Shown here: positions 20,776 to 29,219 of the stretch, one piece after another | Layout: each line of letters starts with the position of its first letter | Position numbering within the stretch: the stretch's first letter is position 1 | DNA from: Acidimicrobiia bacterium | GTDB taxonomy: Bacteria; Actinomycetota; Acidimicrobiia; Spongiisociales; ZC4RG35 | Reading direction: 5' to 3' | NCBI GenBank assembly: GCA_035620735.1 | Contig: DASPGH010000095.1 | Location: 3,484-67,483 of the forward strand | Length of the DNA stretch: 64,000 bases | Notes under the pieces: generated by a model | Told to the model about the DNA's origin: nothing | The model's input: only the letters and a program-made list of their open reading frames with translations | The model's database searches: none | Position numbers and translations under genes: made by a program

Positions 20776-21291
20776 TCAGCCTGTCCGGCCGTTCGCCCGA
20801 GCCCGTTCGGCCAGACCCGACAGCATTGGTCTCGTGGTGGCCCAATCGACAAAGTCTCCGAAGGCGACGATCAATGAACGACGCCACCCTTCCGACCGGA
20901 TTGCACCCCGAAATCGCAGGTGGACTTCGGTCGACTGTGACCCGGTGGTCGTAAGGATGATGGCCCAGGTGAATCGAGTGCCAAATCTCTCTGTCACATA
21001 CACGATGTGCTGCGTCGGATGCACCGATACGACCTCTAGGTAGTCGTTGCGGCCGCCGTAGTCGGGGACACGTTCCCCTACAGTCAGACTCTGGTACTCG
21101 GAGCAGATCGTTCGGAGGGCGCGCATCCGCTGTGGTAGCCAGCGCTCGAGTTTCCACGGCAGATACCAGCCGGCCCGATTCTTTCCCAACTGGACAAGCC
21201 ACGGCCAGACATGGTCGACGTGAGTGTCGATGACCGCCTTCCGATCGTAGACCATCGGGACGTCAGGGAGGATTTCGTCACCTGGGAACAT
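20776..21291 (-). CDS. SRPBCC-superfamily (polyketide cyclase/dehydrase-like) protein
   Basis: 171 aa. The pattern I.T.VDHVWPWLVQLG..RAGWY and its size are consistent with SRPBCC ligand-binding proteins. Confidence 0.6.
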   Translation of the reverse strand: MFPGDEILPDVPMVYDRKAVIDTHVDHVWPWLVQLGKNRAGWYLPWKLERWLPQRMRALRTICSEYQSLTVGERVPDYGGRNDYLEVVSVHPTQHIVYVTERFGTRFTWAIILTTTGSQSTEVHLRFRGAIRSEGWRRSLIVAFGDFVDWATTRPMLSGLAERARANGRTG

Positions 21292-21300
21292 CGCCGCAGA

Positions 21301-21438
21301 GAGTATGAGCTTGACGCCGCTCTACCTGAGAGGTGCGACGCAAATAACTCGCCGAACGAGGCACGCGCCGAAGCCGATCACACCACGACGAGTGAGATCA
21401 TCCGGGAAGCCTTGCGCCGCTTCCTCGACGTGGCGTAG
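21301..21438 (+). pseudogene. remnant of a ribbon-helix-helix (CopG/VapB-type) antitoxin-like gene
   Basis: The in-frame peptide ...EYELDAALPERCDANNSPNEARAEADHTTTSEIIREALRRFLDVA* has the SE(L/I)IREALRR(Y/F)L helix typical of RHH proteins. It has no plausible start that does not overlap the SRPBCC gene, and no toxin gene follows. Confidence 0.3.
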
Positions 21439-21603
21439 CACCCGCGGCCACCAGCGCAGAACAACCGATCTCGACCGATAACCCTCGCGTCGCCGACCCG
21501 CCCGAGATCGGCACTTCCAGGGTCAGGTCTCCGGGCGTGAACCACGACCGATCAGGTCACCAATGCCTCAAATCGGATCGGTGCTTGATGAGAGGTCGCT
21601 CTA

Positions 21604-21750
21604 TCAGTTCAGCGGTTTGGAGGCGCTGCCATCGGAGTGAATCGCCGGGGTCCCGTCGGCCTTGACCATGATGAGGCGGGTTGCTTCAGGCAGGTGTGCG
21701 GTCAACCGTCCCACGTAGTCCACTGTGAAGCGTGCGATCATCAGCCTCAT
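21604..21750 (-). pseudogene. nucS: nucS 5' fragment (48 codons then TGA)
   Basis: The encoded [48 protein letters not shown] is 43/48 identical to residues 1-48 of the intact NucS at 16667..17335. By my hand alignment about 105/144 nt are identical, with differences mainly in third positions. Its ATG overlaps the TGA of the upstream MFS gene (ATGA). Confidence 0.85.
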
Positions 21751-22940
21751 AGCTCGGCCTCCCTCGAGTCGGCGACAGTACTTCCGGCGGGGACCTTGTA
21801 GGCAAGAAGGCCAGCAATTGTCAGCAGCCCAGCCGATGCCAGCCACCCGGGTGCATAGGTCCCCAGAGCGTCCACCGAATAGCCCATTATCGGAGGGCCG
21901 ATGGCCAGACCGAGCAGAAAACCAAAGAGCACCAGGCCCGTCCCCTTGCCCACCAAACCATGCGGTGAAAAATCCATCACGGCCAGCATGCCGACTGCGT
22001 TCCAGGCCACCGCTCCACCCCCGAGCAGCAGCGCGGCGGGAATCATCACCCAACCGGCGACCACATCGATGCTCGCCAGCCAGAGCAGAAGAGCGGTGCC
22101 AGTTGTCATCCTCGAGAGGATGCGCAGCGTGCGGCCATGACCCATCGACCTCTCGGAGAGACGTGGCCAGTAGAGACGGGCCACGATGCCGGCGAGGCCC
22201 ACTATCGAGATCAGCCATCCGGCGGCTGACTCCGACCAACCCATGTCCTCGTTGGCGAATAGCGGGATGAACCCGATCATGGCCTGGCTGGCCAGCCCGG
22301 AGACGAAGCCGTAGAGGGCGATCCAGCGCACAGGTGTGGGTGTCCGACCGGTCACCCGCCCCTCGGCCCGCTCGGCGTGCGTCTTCGGATCGCGATGGCC
22401 CATCATGGCGATCAGCCCCGAGATCGGCATCGTGAGGAAGATGAGGAGCGCGACACGCCACGACCACCAGCCCGCGAACAGGGGAAGGAAAGTCCCACCC
22501 AGAAACGTCCCTATCTGAACGCCGGACTGCTTGATACCGGTTATCACCCCGCGCTCACCGGGAGCGGTGTTGTCGACGATCAGGGCGTTGGTCGAAGGGT
22601 TGCCCCAACCGTTGGGAAAGCCGGCGAGGATCGTGGCACCGACGAGCAACCCGTAGGTGGGGCTCAGCGCCATCGCGGTCAGAGTCACTCCCCCGCCGAT
22701 CAACGTGCCGACCACCGATCTGACCGCACCGAGACGATCGGTCAGACGACCGAAGAGGGGGGAAGCCAGAGCCCCGATCAGACCCGAGGCGGTCACCAGA
22801 AACCCGACCTGGGCTCGGCTGATGTCGAACTCGTCGATCAGTTGGGCGGCGAGCACACTGGCCACGATGATGGGGAAAGTGGAGGTGGCCATCGCAGCGG
22901 CCGTGACCGCGCCCAGCCCCGCACGAGAGAACGACCGCAT
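21747..22940 (-). CDS. MFS transporter
   Basis: About 12 TM helices with an MFS loop motif ([11 protein letters not shown]). The start was trimmed to ATG 22940 ([12 protein letters not shown]). Confidence 0.85.
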   Translation of the reverse strand: MRSFSRAGLGAVTAAAMATSTFPIIVASVLAAQLIDEFDISRAQVGFLVTASGLIGALASPLFGRLTDRLGAVRSVVGTLIGGGVTLTAMALSPTYGLLVGATILAGFPNGWGNPSTNALIVDNTAPGERGVITGIKQSGVQIGTFLGGTFLPLFAGWWSWRVALLIFLTMPISGLIAMMGHRDPKTHAERAEGRVTGRTPTPVRWIALYGFVSGLASQAMIGFIPLFANEDMGWSESAAGWLISIVGLAGIVARLYWPRLSERSMGHGRTLRILSRMTTGTALLLWLASIDVVAGWVMIPAALLLGGGAVAWNAVGMLAVMDFSPHGLVGKGTGLVLFGFLLGLAIGPPIMGYSVDALGTYAPGWLASAGLLTIAGLLAYKVPAGSTVADSREAEL

Positions 22941-22965
22941 CACTCGCGAAGGTAGTAGCGAACCG

Positions 22966-23385
22966 TCAGGTGGTCGCCGGGTCCCTCGTTGGGCGGGAGA
23001 ACACGAACCAGATGGCGTAGATGCCCACGGCAGCAAGCACCAGTCTCACCCAGAGCAGATCCGTGAGGAAGATGCCGGACACGAGGAGCGACGCCGTGAT
23101 GGCGACGGCGGCGATCCACTTCATGCGCATGGTCAGTCCGTGGTCGCGATAGCCCCTGATGATCCTGCCGAAGTAAGGGTGGTTGACCATCCAGCCGTAC
23201 ATGCGATCGGACGACATCGAGAAGAAGAACGCCGCCAGCAAAACCAGGTCGAAAGTGGGAATCCCGGGAAGCCAGCTGAAGGCCAGCAAGGCCAGACTGA
23301 TCAGGCCGAGAACGAAGTACAGGGCCCGCACGATCGGGCTGCGAGCTTTGCGGGGCGCGGTCGTCTCGACGGACTGGGCCATCAC
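22966..23385 (-). CDS. YbaN-family (DUF454) inner-membrane protein
   Basis: 139 aa. LGLISLALLAFSWLPGIPTFDLVLLAAFFFSMSSDRMYGWMVNHPYFG..I matches the YbaN pattern. Confidence 0.7.
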   Translation of the reverse strand: MMAQSVETTAPRKARSPIVRALYFVLGLISLALLAFSWLPGIPTFDLVLLAAFFFSMSSDRMYGWMVNHPYFGRIIRGYRDHGLTMRMKWIAAVAITASLLVSGIFLTDLLWVRLVLAAVGIYAIWFVFSRPTRDPATT

Positions 23386-23488
23386 GTTGGAAAGCTATCT
23401 ACCGTGGTTCCCGACGGCGAGTCGGCAAACGGGAGCGACTACCTTCGCGACCAGATAGCAACCTGCAACAGTCGAAGGGGAGTACAGC

Positions 23489-24517
23489 GTGCCCATCGCC
23501 ACGCCCGAGAAATACAGAGAGATGCTCGACGCGGCAAGGTCCGGTCGATATGCCCTGCCCGCCATCAACAGTACGTCGTCGTCCACCATCCTCGCCGCCC
23601 TCGAGGGATTCACCGAGGCAGGGTCGGACGGCATCATCCAGTTCTCATACGGCGCCGGAGAGTTCGCCTCCGGCCAGTCGAACCAGGACATGGCTCTCGG
23701 CGCCCGCGCCCTGGCCGAATTCGCCCATGTCGTGGCCGATCAATATCCAGTGAATATCGCCCTCCACACCGACCACTGCCCGCCCGACCGGGTCGACGGC
23801 TTCCTCAGACCGCTGCTGAAGGTGAGCGAACAGCGAGTGGCCGATGGCGACGACCCGCTGTTTCAGAGTCACATGCTCGACGCCTCGAGCCTCCCGATGG
23901 AGGAGAATCTCGGTCTCGCGGACGAACTTCTGGACAGATGTGCCGCGCTGGACATCGTCCTCGAGCTGGAGATTGGCATCGTCGGTGGTGTCGAGGACGC
24001 CAGCGACCATTCCGAGGTCGATAGGTCGAAGCTATACACGTCTCCGGATGACATGGTGAGGGTCTCCGAAGTGCTGGGCACGTTCGATCGAGGCCGATAT
24101 CTGTTGGCCGCGGTCTTTGGCAACGTGCATGGCGTCTACAAGCCCGGCTCGGTGCAACTCGACCCGACGATCCTTCGCTTCGGGCAGGAGGCGGTGGCGA
24201 ATCGGTTCGGCGAGGAAGCACGCCACTATCTGGTCTTTCACGGGGGTAGCGGCTCGACACTCGATGAAATCCACGAGACCCTGGACTATGGGGTCGTCAA
24301 GATGAATGTCGACACGGACTGCCAATACGCCTACACCCGTCCCATAGTCGACCACATGTTCTCGAACTACGACGGGGTCCTCAAGGTCGACGGCGAGGTT
24401 GGGGACAAAAAGCTCTACGACCCCCGCTCCTACATGAAGGCGGCGGAGAAAGGGATGGCGGCGCGTGTCGTCGAGGCGTGCCAGATGTTGAAGTCGGACG
24501 GAAATAGCATCCGCTGA
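23489..24517 (+). CDS. fba: class II fructose-bisphosphate aldolase
   Basis: MPIATPEKYREMLDAA....YALPAIN, HTDHC and FHGGSGS motifs; 342 aa. Confidence 0.93.
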   Translation: MPIATPEKYREMLDAARSGRYALPAINSTSSSTILAALEGFTEAGSDGIIQFSYGAGEFASGQSNQDMALGARALAEFAHVVADQYPVNIALHTDHCPPDRVDGFLRPLLKVSEQRVADGDDPLFQSHMLDASSLPMEENLGLADELLDRCAALDIVLELEIGIVGGVEDASDHSEVDRSKLYTSPDDMVRVSEVLGTFDRGRYLLAAVFGNVHGVYKPGSVQLDPTILRFGQEAVANRFGEEARHYLVFHGGSGSTLDEIHETLDYGVVKMNVDTDCQYAYTRPIVDHMFSNYDGVLKVDGEVGDKKLYDPRSYMKAAEKGMAARVVEACQMLKSDGNSIR

Positions 24518-24519
24518 CC

Positions 24520-25866
24520 ATGGACTCCCGACATCGGACCTGGGCGACCTCGGAGAGGTTTGTCCCCAAGAACTTCATCCGGCCATTCGTCCGGTTCAGC
24601 CAGATCGAAGCTTCATCCGGCATCGTTCTCCTGATCGCGGCGATAGCCGCTCTGATCTGGGCGAACAGCGCCTGGTCCGACACCTACTTCTCGATCCTCG
24701 AAGAGCACATCACCATCGAGTTCTTCGGGTTCCACCTCGACGAATCGGTGCTACACCTCATCAACGACGCCTTGATGGCGATCTTCTTCTTCGTCGTCGG
24801 CCTGGAGATCAAACGCGAGCTGGTGCTCGGCGACCTGCGCGACCCTAAGGCGGCGGCTCTCCCGGTCATGGCCGCGTTGGGGGGGATGGTGCTGCCCGCA
24901 CTCATCTACTTCTCTATCAATGCGGGGACGGCCGCCAGTCACGGTTGGGGGATCCCGATGGCAACCGACATCGCCTTCGCGGTTGGAATCGTCGCCCTGT
25001 TGGGGTCCAGGGTGCCATCCGGAGCCAAGCTCTTCCTGCTCGCCGTTGCCATCGCAGATGACATCGGCGCCATCGCAGTGATCGCCATCTTCTACACCTC
25101 GGAGTTGAACGGCGCATATTTCGCCGCCGCCGTCGCCGGTCTTCTGATCGTGTGGATCGCGAACAAGGTCAACATCAGGGCAATGTGGTTCTATGTGCCG
25201 GTTGCCATCGTCATCTGGTACTTCACACTCGAATCGGGGATCCATGCCACTCTCGCCGGCGTTGCTCTCGGTTTCCTCACCCCCGCCTACCCCTACTACG
25301 AGCCCCAGGAGTTCGACCAGCGCGCCCGCGCAATCCTCGATCAGTACCCGGCCAATGACATCACCGACGTTCATGCCCAGGAGCACGCCGACCACGAAGT
25401 GCTGCTCCTCTCGGAGATCGCTCAGGAGTCGGTCGCTCCCTTGACCCGGATGGAGCACAGGCTGGTTGCCTGGTCTTCCTTCGTCATCGTGCCACTGTTC
25501 GCCTTGGCCAATGCAGGTGTCGACTTCAGGGGGGTCAGCCTCACCGAAGCACTGACCTCACGTGTCGCCCTCGGAGTGTCGCTCGGCCTGGTTGTCGGCA
25601 AGCTCGTTGGGATCTCTCTGGCTTCGTACGGTGCGGTCAGACTCGGGTTGGGCAAGCTCCCACCGGGCACGTCCTGGAGTCATGTGTTCGGGCTGGCCGC
25701 TGTCGCCGGAATCGGGTTCACTGTATCGCTCTTCGTGGCAGGTCTCGCCTTCGAGGATCCGGTGTTCACCGATTACTCCAAGGTCGGCATCTTCAGTGGT
25801 TCGCTCATCGCCGGTCTCATCGGTGCCTTCTTCCTGAGCAGAGCACGTCCCCGGAGCCGGTCATGA
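24520..25866 (+). CDS. nhaA: Na+/H+ antiporter NhaA
   Basis: The NhaA signature is present (INDALMAIFFFVVGLEIKRE, WGIPMATDIAFA, AIADDIGAI). The protein is 448 aa with 11-12 TM helices. Confidence 0.93.
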   Translation: MDSRHRTWATSERFVPKNFIRPFVRFSQIEASSGIVLLIAAIAALIWANSAWSDTYFSILEEHITIEFFGFHLDESVLHLINDALMAIFFFVVGLEIKRELVLGDLRDPKAAALPVMAALGGMVLPALIYFSINAGTAASHGWGIPMATDIAFAVGIVALLGSRVPSGAKLFLLAVAIADDIGAIAVIAIFYTSELNGAYFAAAVAGLLIVWIANKVNIRAMWFYVPVAIVIWYFTLESGIHATLAGVALGFLTPAYPYYEPQEFDQRARAILDQYPANDITDVHAQEHADHEVLLLSEIAQESVAPLTRMEHRLVAWSSFVIVPLFALANAGVDFRGVSLTEALTSRVALGVSLGLVVGKLVGISLASYGAVRLGLGKLPPGTSWSHVFGLAAVAGIGFTVSLFVAGLAFEDPVFTDYSKVGIFSGSLIAGLIGAFFLSRARPRSRS

Positions 25867-26033
25867 ACGGTCCGCCGGACACGATCACATGCGTCGAGTG
25901 CGGCGGCGTTGCCCACCTGAGCAGCTATCTCCCCGACGACGAGCCTCTCGAGGACGGTCACCCGATCGCCTACACCTGCGAGGACTGCAACCATCGCCAC
26001 GATCTGATCTGGGTGGAAGACGACGACGATTGA
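25863..26033 (+). CDS. 56-aa zinc-ribbon-like protein (below ORF-track size cut-off)
   Basis: Hand translation gives MNGPPDTITCVECGGVAHLSSYLPDDEPLEDGHPIAYTCEDCNHRHDLIWVEDDDD*. It has two CxxC pairs, and its ATG overlaps the nhaA TGA (ATGA). Confidence 0.4.
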   Translation: MNGPPDTITCVECGGVAHLSSYLPDDEPLEDGHPIAYTCEDCNHRHDLIWVEDDDD

Positions 26034-26049
26034 ACCGAAGGGGGAGGAC

Positions 26050-26219
26050 TACCTCAGACCCCCAACGCGAGACCGCGCCCCTCACGAGCCCCCTCCATCC
26101 GCCCAAGGGTGAACGTTCATTGCAGCCATGACTGAGGGGGACGACCCCCCTCAAGCCCCCCGGCGGGAAACCGCCCCCTCACTAGACCGGTTGATCCGCC
26201 CAACGGTGAACGTTTATTG
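26050..26219. repeat. degenerate ~97-nt tandem direct duplication spanning the 3' end of the 5'-3' exonuclease gene
   Basis: 26071..26122 versus 26168..26219 share 39/52 identities by hand alignment, with the last 26 nt at 24/26 (ccgcccaaGggtgaacgttCattg vs ccgcccaaCggtgaacgttTattg). The second copy contains the gene's last codons (NVHRWAD) and its stop. Confidence 0.55.
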
Positions 26220-27069
26220 AGTCGGGGTCGAAACCCATCTCCGCGCAGAAGGAGCGGAAGCGGTCTTGGGGGACACCCCTCCACTCCAGATCGGAAAGCT
26301 CTTGTTCTATCGGCACGTCCAGCCGCAACGTGGTGAGCTCCCGGTAGAGATACACCTGTTCCTGATGTTCGGCGAGAGTGGCGGCCAGTTTCTCGGCTCC
26401 GCGGACTGATACCCCCCAGTCGCCGGGATCGGCCGGTATCAACTCCAGGCGGGGAAACTCGGCGAGAACGGTTGCGCTCGACTTGGCACCCCAGCCCGGG
26501 AGACCGGGCACGCCGTCGGCGGTGTCACCGACCAGTGCCAAATAGTCGGGAATCGACTCGGGGTGGATCCCAAACTTCTCGACTACACCCTCCTCGTCGA
26601 CGATCTTCTGCTCGCGCCGGTTGTAGGTGACTATCTTGTCACCGACGACGACCTGGCTCATGTCCTTGTCAGGGCTGCAGATGACCACCTGCTCCACGTC
26701 GTCGACCCAACGAACCGCAGCCGCAGCCAGAGCATCGTCCGCCTCGAACTCGATGTTCCGCCACACCACGACCCCGATCGCCTCGAGAGCATCCTCGGCG
26801 AAAGGAAACTGACGGAGGAGCTCCTCCTCCATACCTACAGAAGACTTGTATGCGAGGAACATCTCGTTACGAAACGACTCGATGACAGTGTCGAAGCTGG
26901 CGGCGAGATGCGTCACCCCGGGTTCGCGTAGGAGGGCCAGAGTCGACTCGAGAATGCCGAGTGTTGCCCTGACGTCATGGCCATCGGGGGCGATGACAGT
27001 GTCCTTGCGCCCGTAGTGGGCGCGGAACAACTCGTAGGTACCATCGAGCAGGTGGAGACGCACGAGCAT
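26182..27069 (-). CDS. 5'-3' exonuclease (FEN / Pol I N-terminal-domain-like)
   Basis: 295 aa with a PIN-like 5' nuclease and H3TH region (LLDGTYELFRA, FEADDALAAAA, LVGDTADGVPGLPGWGAKSSA). Confidence 0.85.
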   Translation of the reverse strand: MLVRLHLLDGTYELFRAHYGRKDTVIAPDGHDVRATLGILESTLALLREPGVTHLAASFDTVIESFRNEMFLAYKSSVGMEEELLRQFPFAEDALEAIGVVVWRNIEFEADDALAAAAVRWVDDVEQVVICSPDKDMSQVVVGDKIVTYNRREQKIVDEEGVVEKFGIHPESIPDYLALVGDTADGVPGLPGWGAKSSATVLAEFPRLELIPADPGDWGVSVRGAEKLAATLAEHQEQVYLYRELTTLRLDVPIEQELSDLEWRGVPQDRFRSFCAEMGFDPDSINVHRWADQPV

Positions 27070-27408
27070 GATCCTACGTCAGACGAGCCGACTGACCCCT
27101 GGACGACATTCCAGGAGGAGTTCCACGAGCTCGGCGACCAGCTGAAGGACACCTACCGAAAGGTCGCATCGGAGGAGGGGCCCAGCGAGTCGGAGATCAA
27201 GGACGCCTTCGGCACCCTGGCCAGCGCATGGAGCCGGGTCGCCGACTCGGTCTCCTCCGCCCTGCAGGACCCTGTGGTGCGTCAACGGCTCAAGGATGCC
27301 GGCAGCGCCTTTGCCACCGCGGTCGGGAGGACCATCTCCGACCTGGGCGACGAGCTCCGCGATTCCGACACCTGGAAGCCGACATCTCCCGGCAACGAGG
27401 AGGAATAG
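27052..27408 (+). CDS. hypothetical acidic protein (start uncertain, GTG 27052 proposed)
   Basis: The ORF is in frame from 26977, but its first 30 codons overlap the divergent exonuclease gene. No family recognised. Confidence 0.3.
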   Translation: METHEHDPTSDEPTDPWTTFQEEFHELGDQLKDTYRKVASEEGPSESEIKDAFGTLASAWSRVADSVSSALQDPVVRQRLKDAGSAFATAVGRTISDLGDELRDSDTWKPTSPGNEEE

Positions 27409-27415
27409 GCCTCCG

Positions 27416-28219
27416 ATGCATCCGCTGATCAGCGCAGAGAAGCTCGCCACTGTCATGGACGACGTCCAGATCTGCGACATCCGTTGGGACCTCACCGATC
27501 CCACGAAGGGCAGACAGACATACCGCCAGGGCCATATTCCTGGCGCTGTTTTCGTCGACCTCGACTCCGATCTCTCCGCGCCACCCGGCAGGAGCGGCCG
27601 TCATCCGCTTCCCAGCATCGAGGAGTTCGCGGCGACACTGGGAAGACTCGGCATCGATCCCGCAACAAGGGTGGTGACCTACGACGACGTCTCGGGCCAG
27701 ATCGCAGCGAGACTCTGGTGGATGCTTCGCTCGATCGGCCACGAGGAGGTACAGGTGCTCGACGGTGGTTTGGGGGCATGGGTAGACCGGGGCGGATCTC
27801 TCGCCACTGGCGATGTCACGCCGGAGCCCACCAGGTATCCGGTGCCGGCCGGGTTCACCGGGACCGTCAGTCACGACGATCTGGGCGGCCGCACCATCAT
27901 CGACGCGCGGGCAGGGGAGCGATACCGGGGAGAGCACGAGCCGGTCGACCCCAAGGCAGGCCATATCCCGGGTGCGATCAACATACCAACGTCAGTGAAC
28001 CTCGATCACACCGGGCGCTTTCTGTCGTCCCGGGCTCTCTCCGAGGTCTACGACGAGGTCGCCGACGACGTCGCGGTCTCGTGCGGGAGCGGAGTGAATG
28101 CTTGCCACGACGCCCTGGCAATGGTGTTGGCCGGGCGGGCGATGCCCGAGGTATACGTCGGCTCGTTCTCCGAGTGGTCACGCCGTGACAAGCCCGTGGC
28201 GACGGGGCCGCACCCTTGA
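27416..28219 (+). CDS. tandem-rhodanese sulfurtransferase (thiosulfate/3-mercaptopyruvate sulfurtransferase type)
   Basis: MHPLISAEKLA...DIRWDL...Y..GHIPGAVFVDLD, plus a second domain with the active-site loop VSCGSGVNAC. The start was refined to ATG 27416. Confidence 0.87.
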   Translation: MHPLISAEKLATVMDDVQICDIRWDLTDPTKGRQTYRQGHIPGAVFVDLDSDLSAPPGRSGRHPLPSIEEFAATLGRLGIDPATRVVTYDDVSGQIAARLWWMLRSIGHEEVQVLDGGLGAWVDRGGSLATGDVTPEPTRYPVPAGFTGTVSHDDLGGRTIIDARAGERYRGEHEPVDPKAGHIPGAINIPTSVNLDHTGRFLSSRALSEVYDEVADDVAVSCGSGVNACHDALAMVLAGRAMPEVYVGSFSEWSRRDKPVATGPHP

Positions 28220-29175
28220 TCAGTCGGCGCGCAATCGAAGCGATCGAGGTCTCCGATGTCGACGATCTCCTCCGGGTCGTCGACGGTCTTTGCAAGAACT
28301 CGCACTGGGACGAGTTGGTCGAGCTGAAGCAGCGTTGCGGTGAGGCGGTGGGCCGCGGCAAGCAGCTGTGGGGAGTCGAGGAGCACATTCGCTACCGACT
28401 CGCCCTCGAGGCGCCGGGTCCGTGGGCCGGGGCGGCCCTGAACGAAGGTGTGGCTCGTTTCGCCCTGGGACCCCTTCCCGAGGTGGCTGCCTCTACGAAG
28501 ACGTGGGCCCAACTGGAGCCCTATCTCGACGACGGGCCCTGGCGGGCGGTGACGGCGGCAGAACGCGTCGTGCGCGGCGAAGTCGCCGGGCCGATCGCCG
28601 ACCTGCCTGACCAGTTGATGGACTGGGAGCCGAGCTATCAGCTGGCCACCTACAAGTCGGACAAGGTGGAGACTCCCTCTCCCGCTCCTGTGGAGGTATC
28701 CGCGGTATCGCTGCCGGACGTGCGCCCTGAAACCATTGACGATCCGCAATCGGAGGGTGCCTTGTTCGACCTCATCCAACCTTGGGTCACAGAGTCCAAC
28801 GGGCGCTACGAGGTGGCGACGGTCGAGGGCGATTCGCCTGCTGCGATCCGAGCGCTCGGGTTGAGTCGTGCCCGACTCGGTGAGATGGCCCCCCAGCTTG
28901 CCTTGAGCTGGATGGGATGGGCCGGTGCCTCGGGTGGGGCCCACGGGAGACGACGAGGGGCGGCGGCGGGCCGGTACGGAGCGTGGTGGACAGTCGCCAC
29001 TCTCAGTGACCTCGACTGGCCCCCGGATCCTGAGGAGATCGGCGATGCCGCAGGGCGGCTCGACTACCACTGGTTCGACGACGGGTCCCCCGGAACTGGT
29101 TGGGAGCTGCGCATGGCTATCTCGGACCGGACATCCGGTTTGGCTTGGGCGATCGCAGCAACCGATTCCGTCTGA
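28216..29175 (+). CDS. conserved hypothetical protein
   Basis: 319-aa ORF with coding-like composition. Its TTG start overlaps the sulfurtransferase stop (TTGA). I recognise no domain. Confidence 0.55.
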   Translation: MISRRAIEAIEVSDVDDLLRVVDGLCKNSHWDELVELKQRCGEAVGRGKQLWGVEEHIRYRLALEAPGPWAGAALNEGVARFALGPLPEVAASTKTWAQLEPYLDDGPWRAVTAAERVVRGEVAGPIADLPDQLMDWEPSYQLATYKSDKVETPSPAPVEVSAVSLPDVRPETIDDPQSEGALFDLIQPWVTESNGRYEVATVEGDSPAAIRALGLSRARLGEMAPQLALSWMGWAGASGGAHGRRRGAAAGRYGAWWTVATLSDLDWPPDPEEIGDAAGRLDYHWFDDGSPGTGWELRMAISDRTSGLAWAIAATDSV

Positions 29176-29219
29176 GCCGCGAACTGACCCGGTCGAGTCC
29201 TGGGCTCGAGGCCGATCCG

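Noticed and set aside
21751-22467. Upstream part of the 287-aa minus-strand ORF 21604..22467
   Set aside because: It overlaps the MFS transporter gene in another frame and is Arg/Gly/Pro-rich nonsense. Only its last 48 codons (the nucS stub) carry a recognisable signal.
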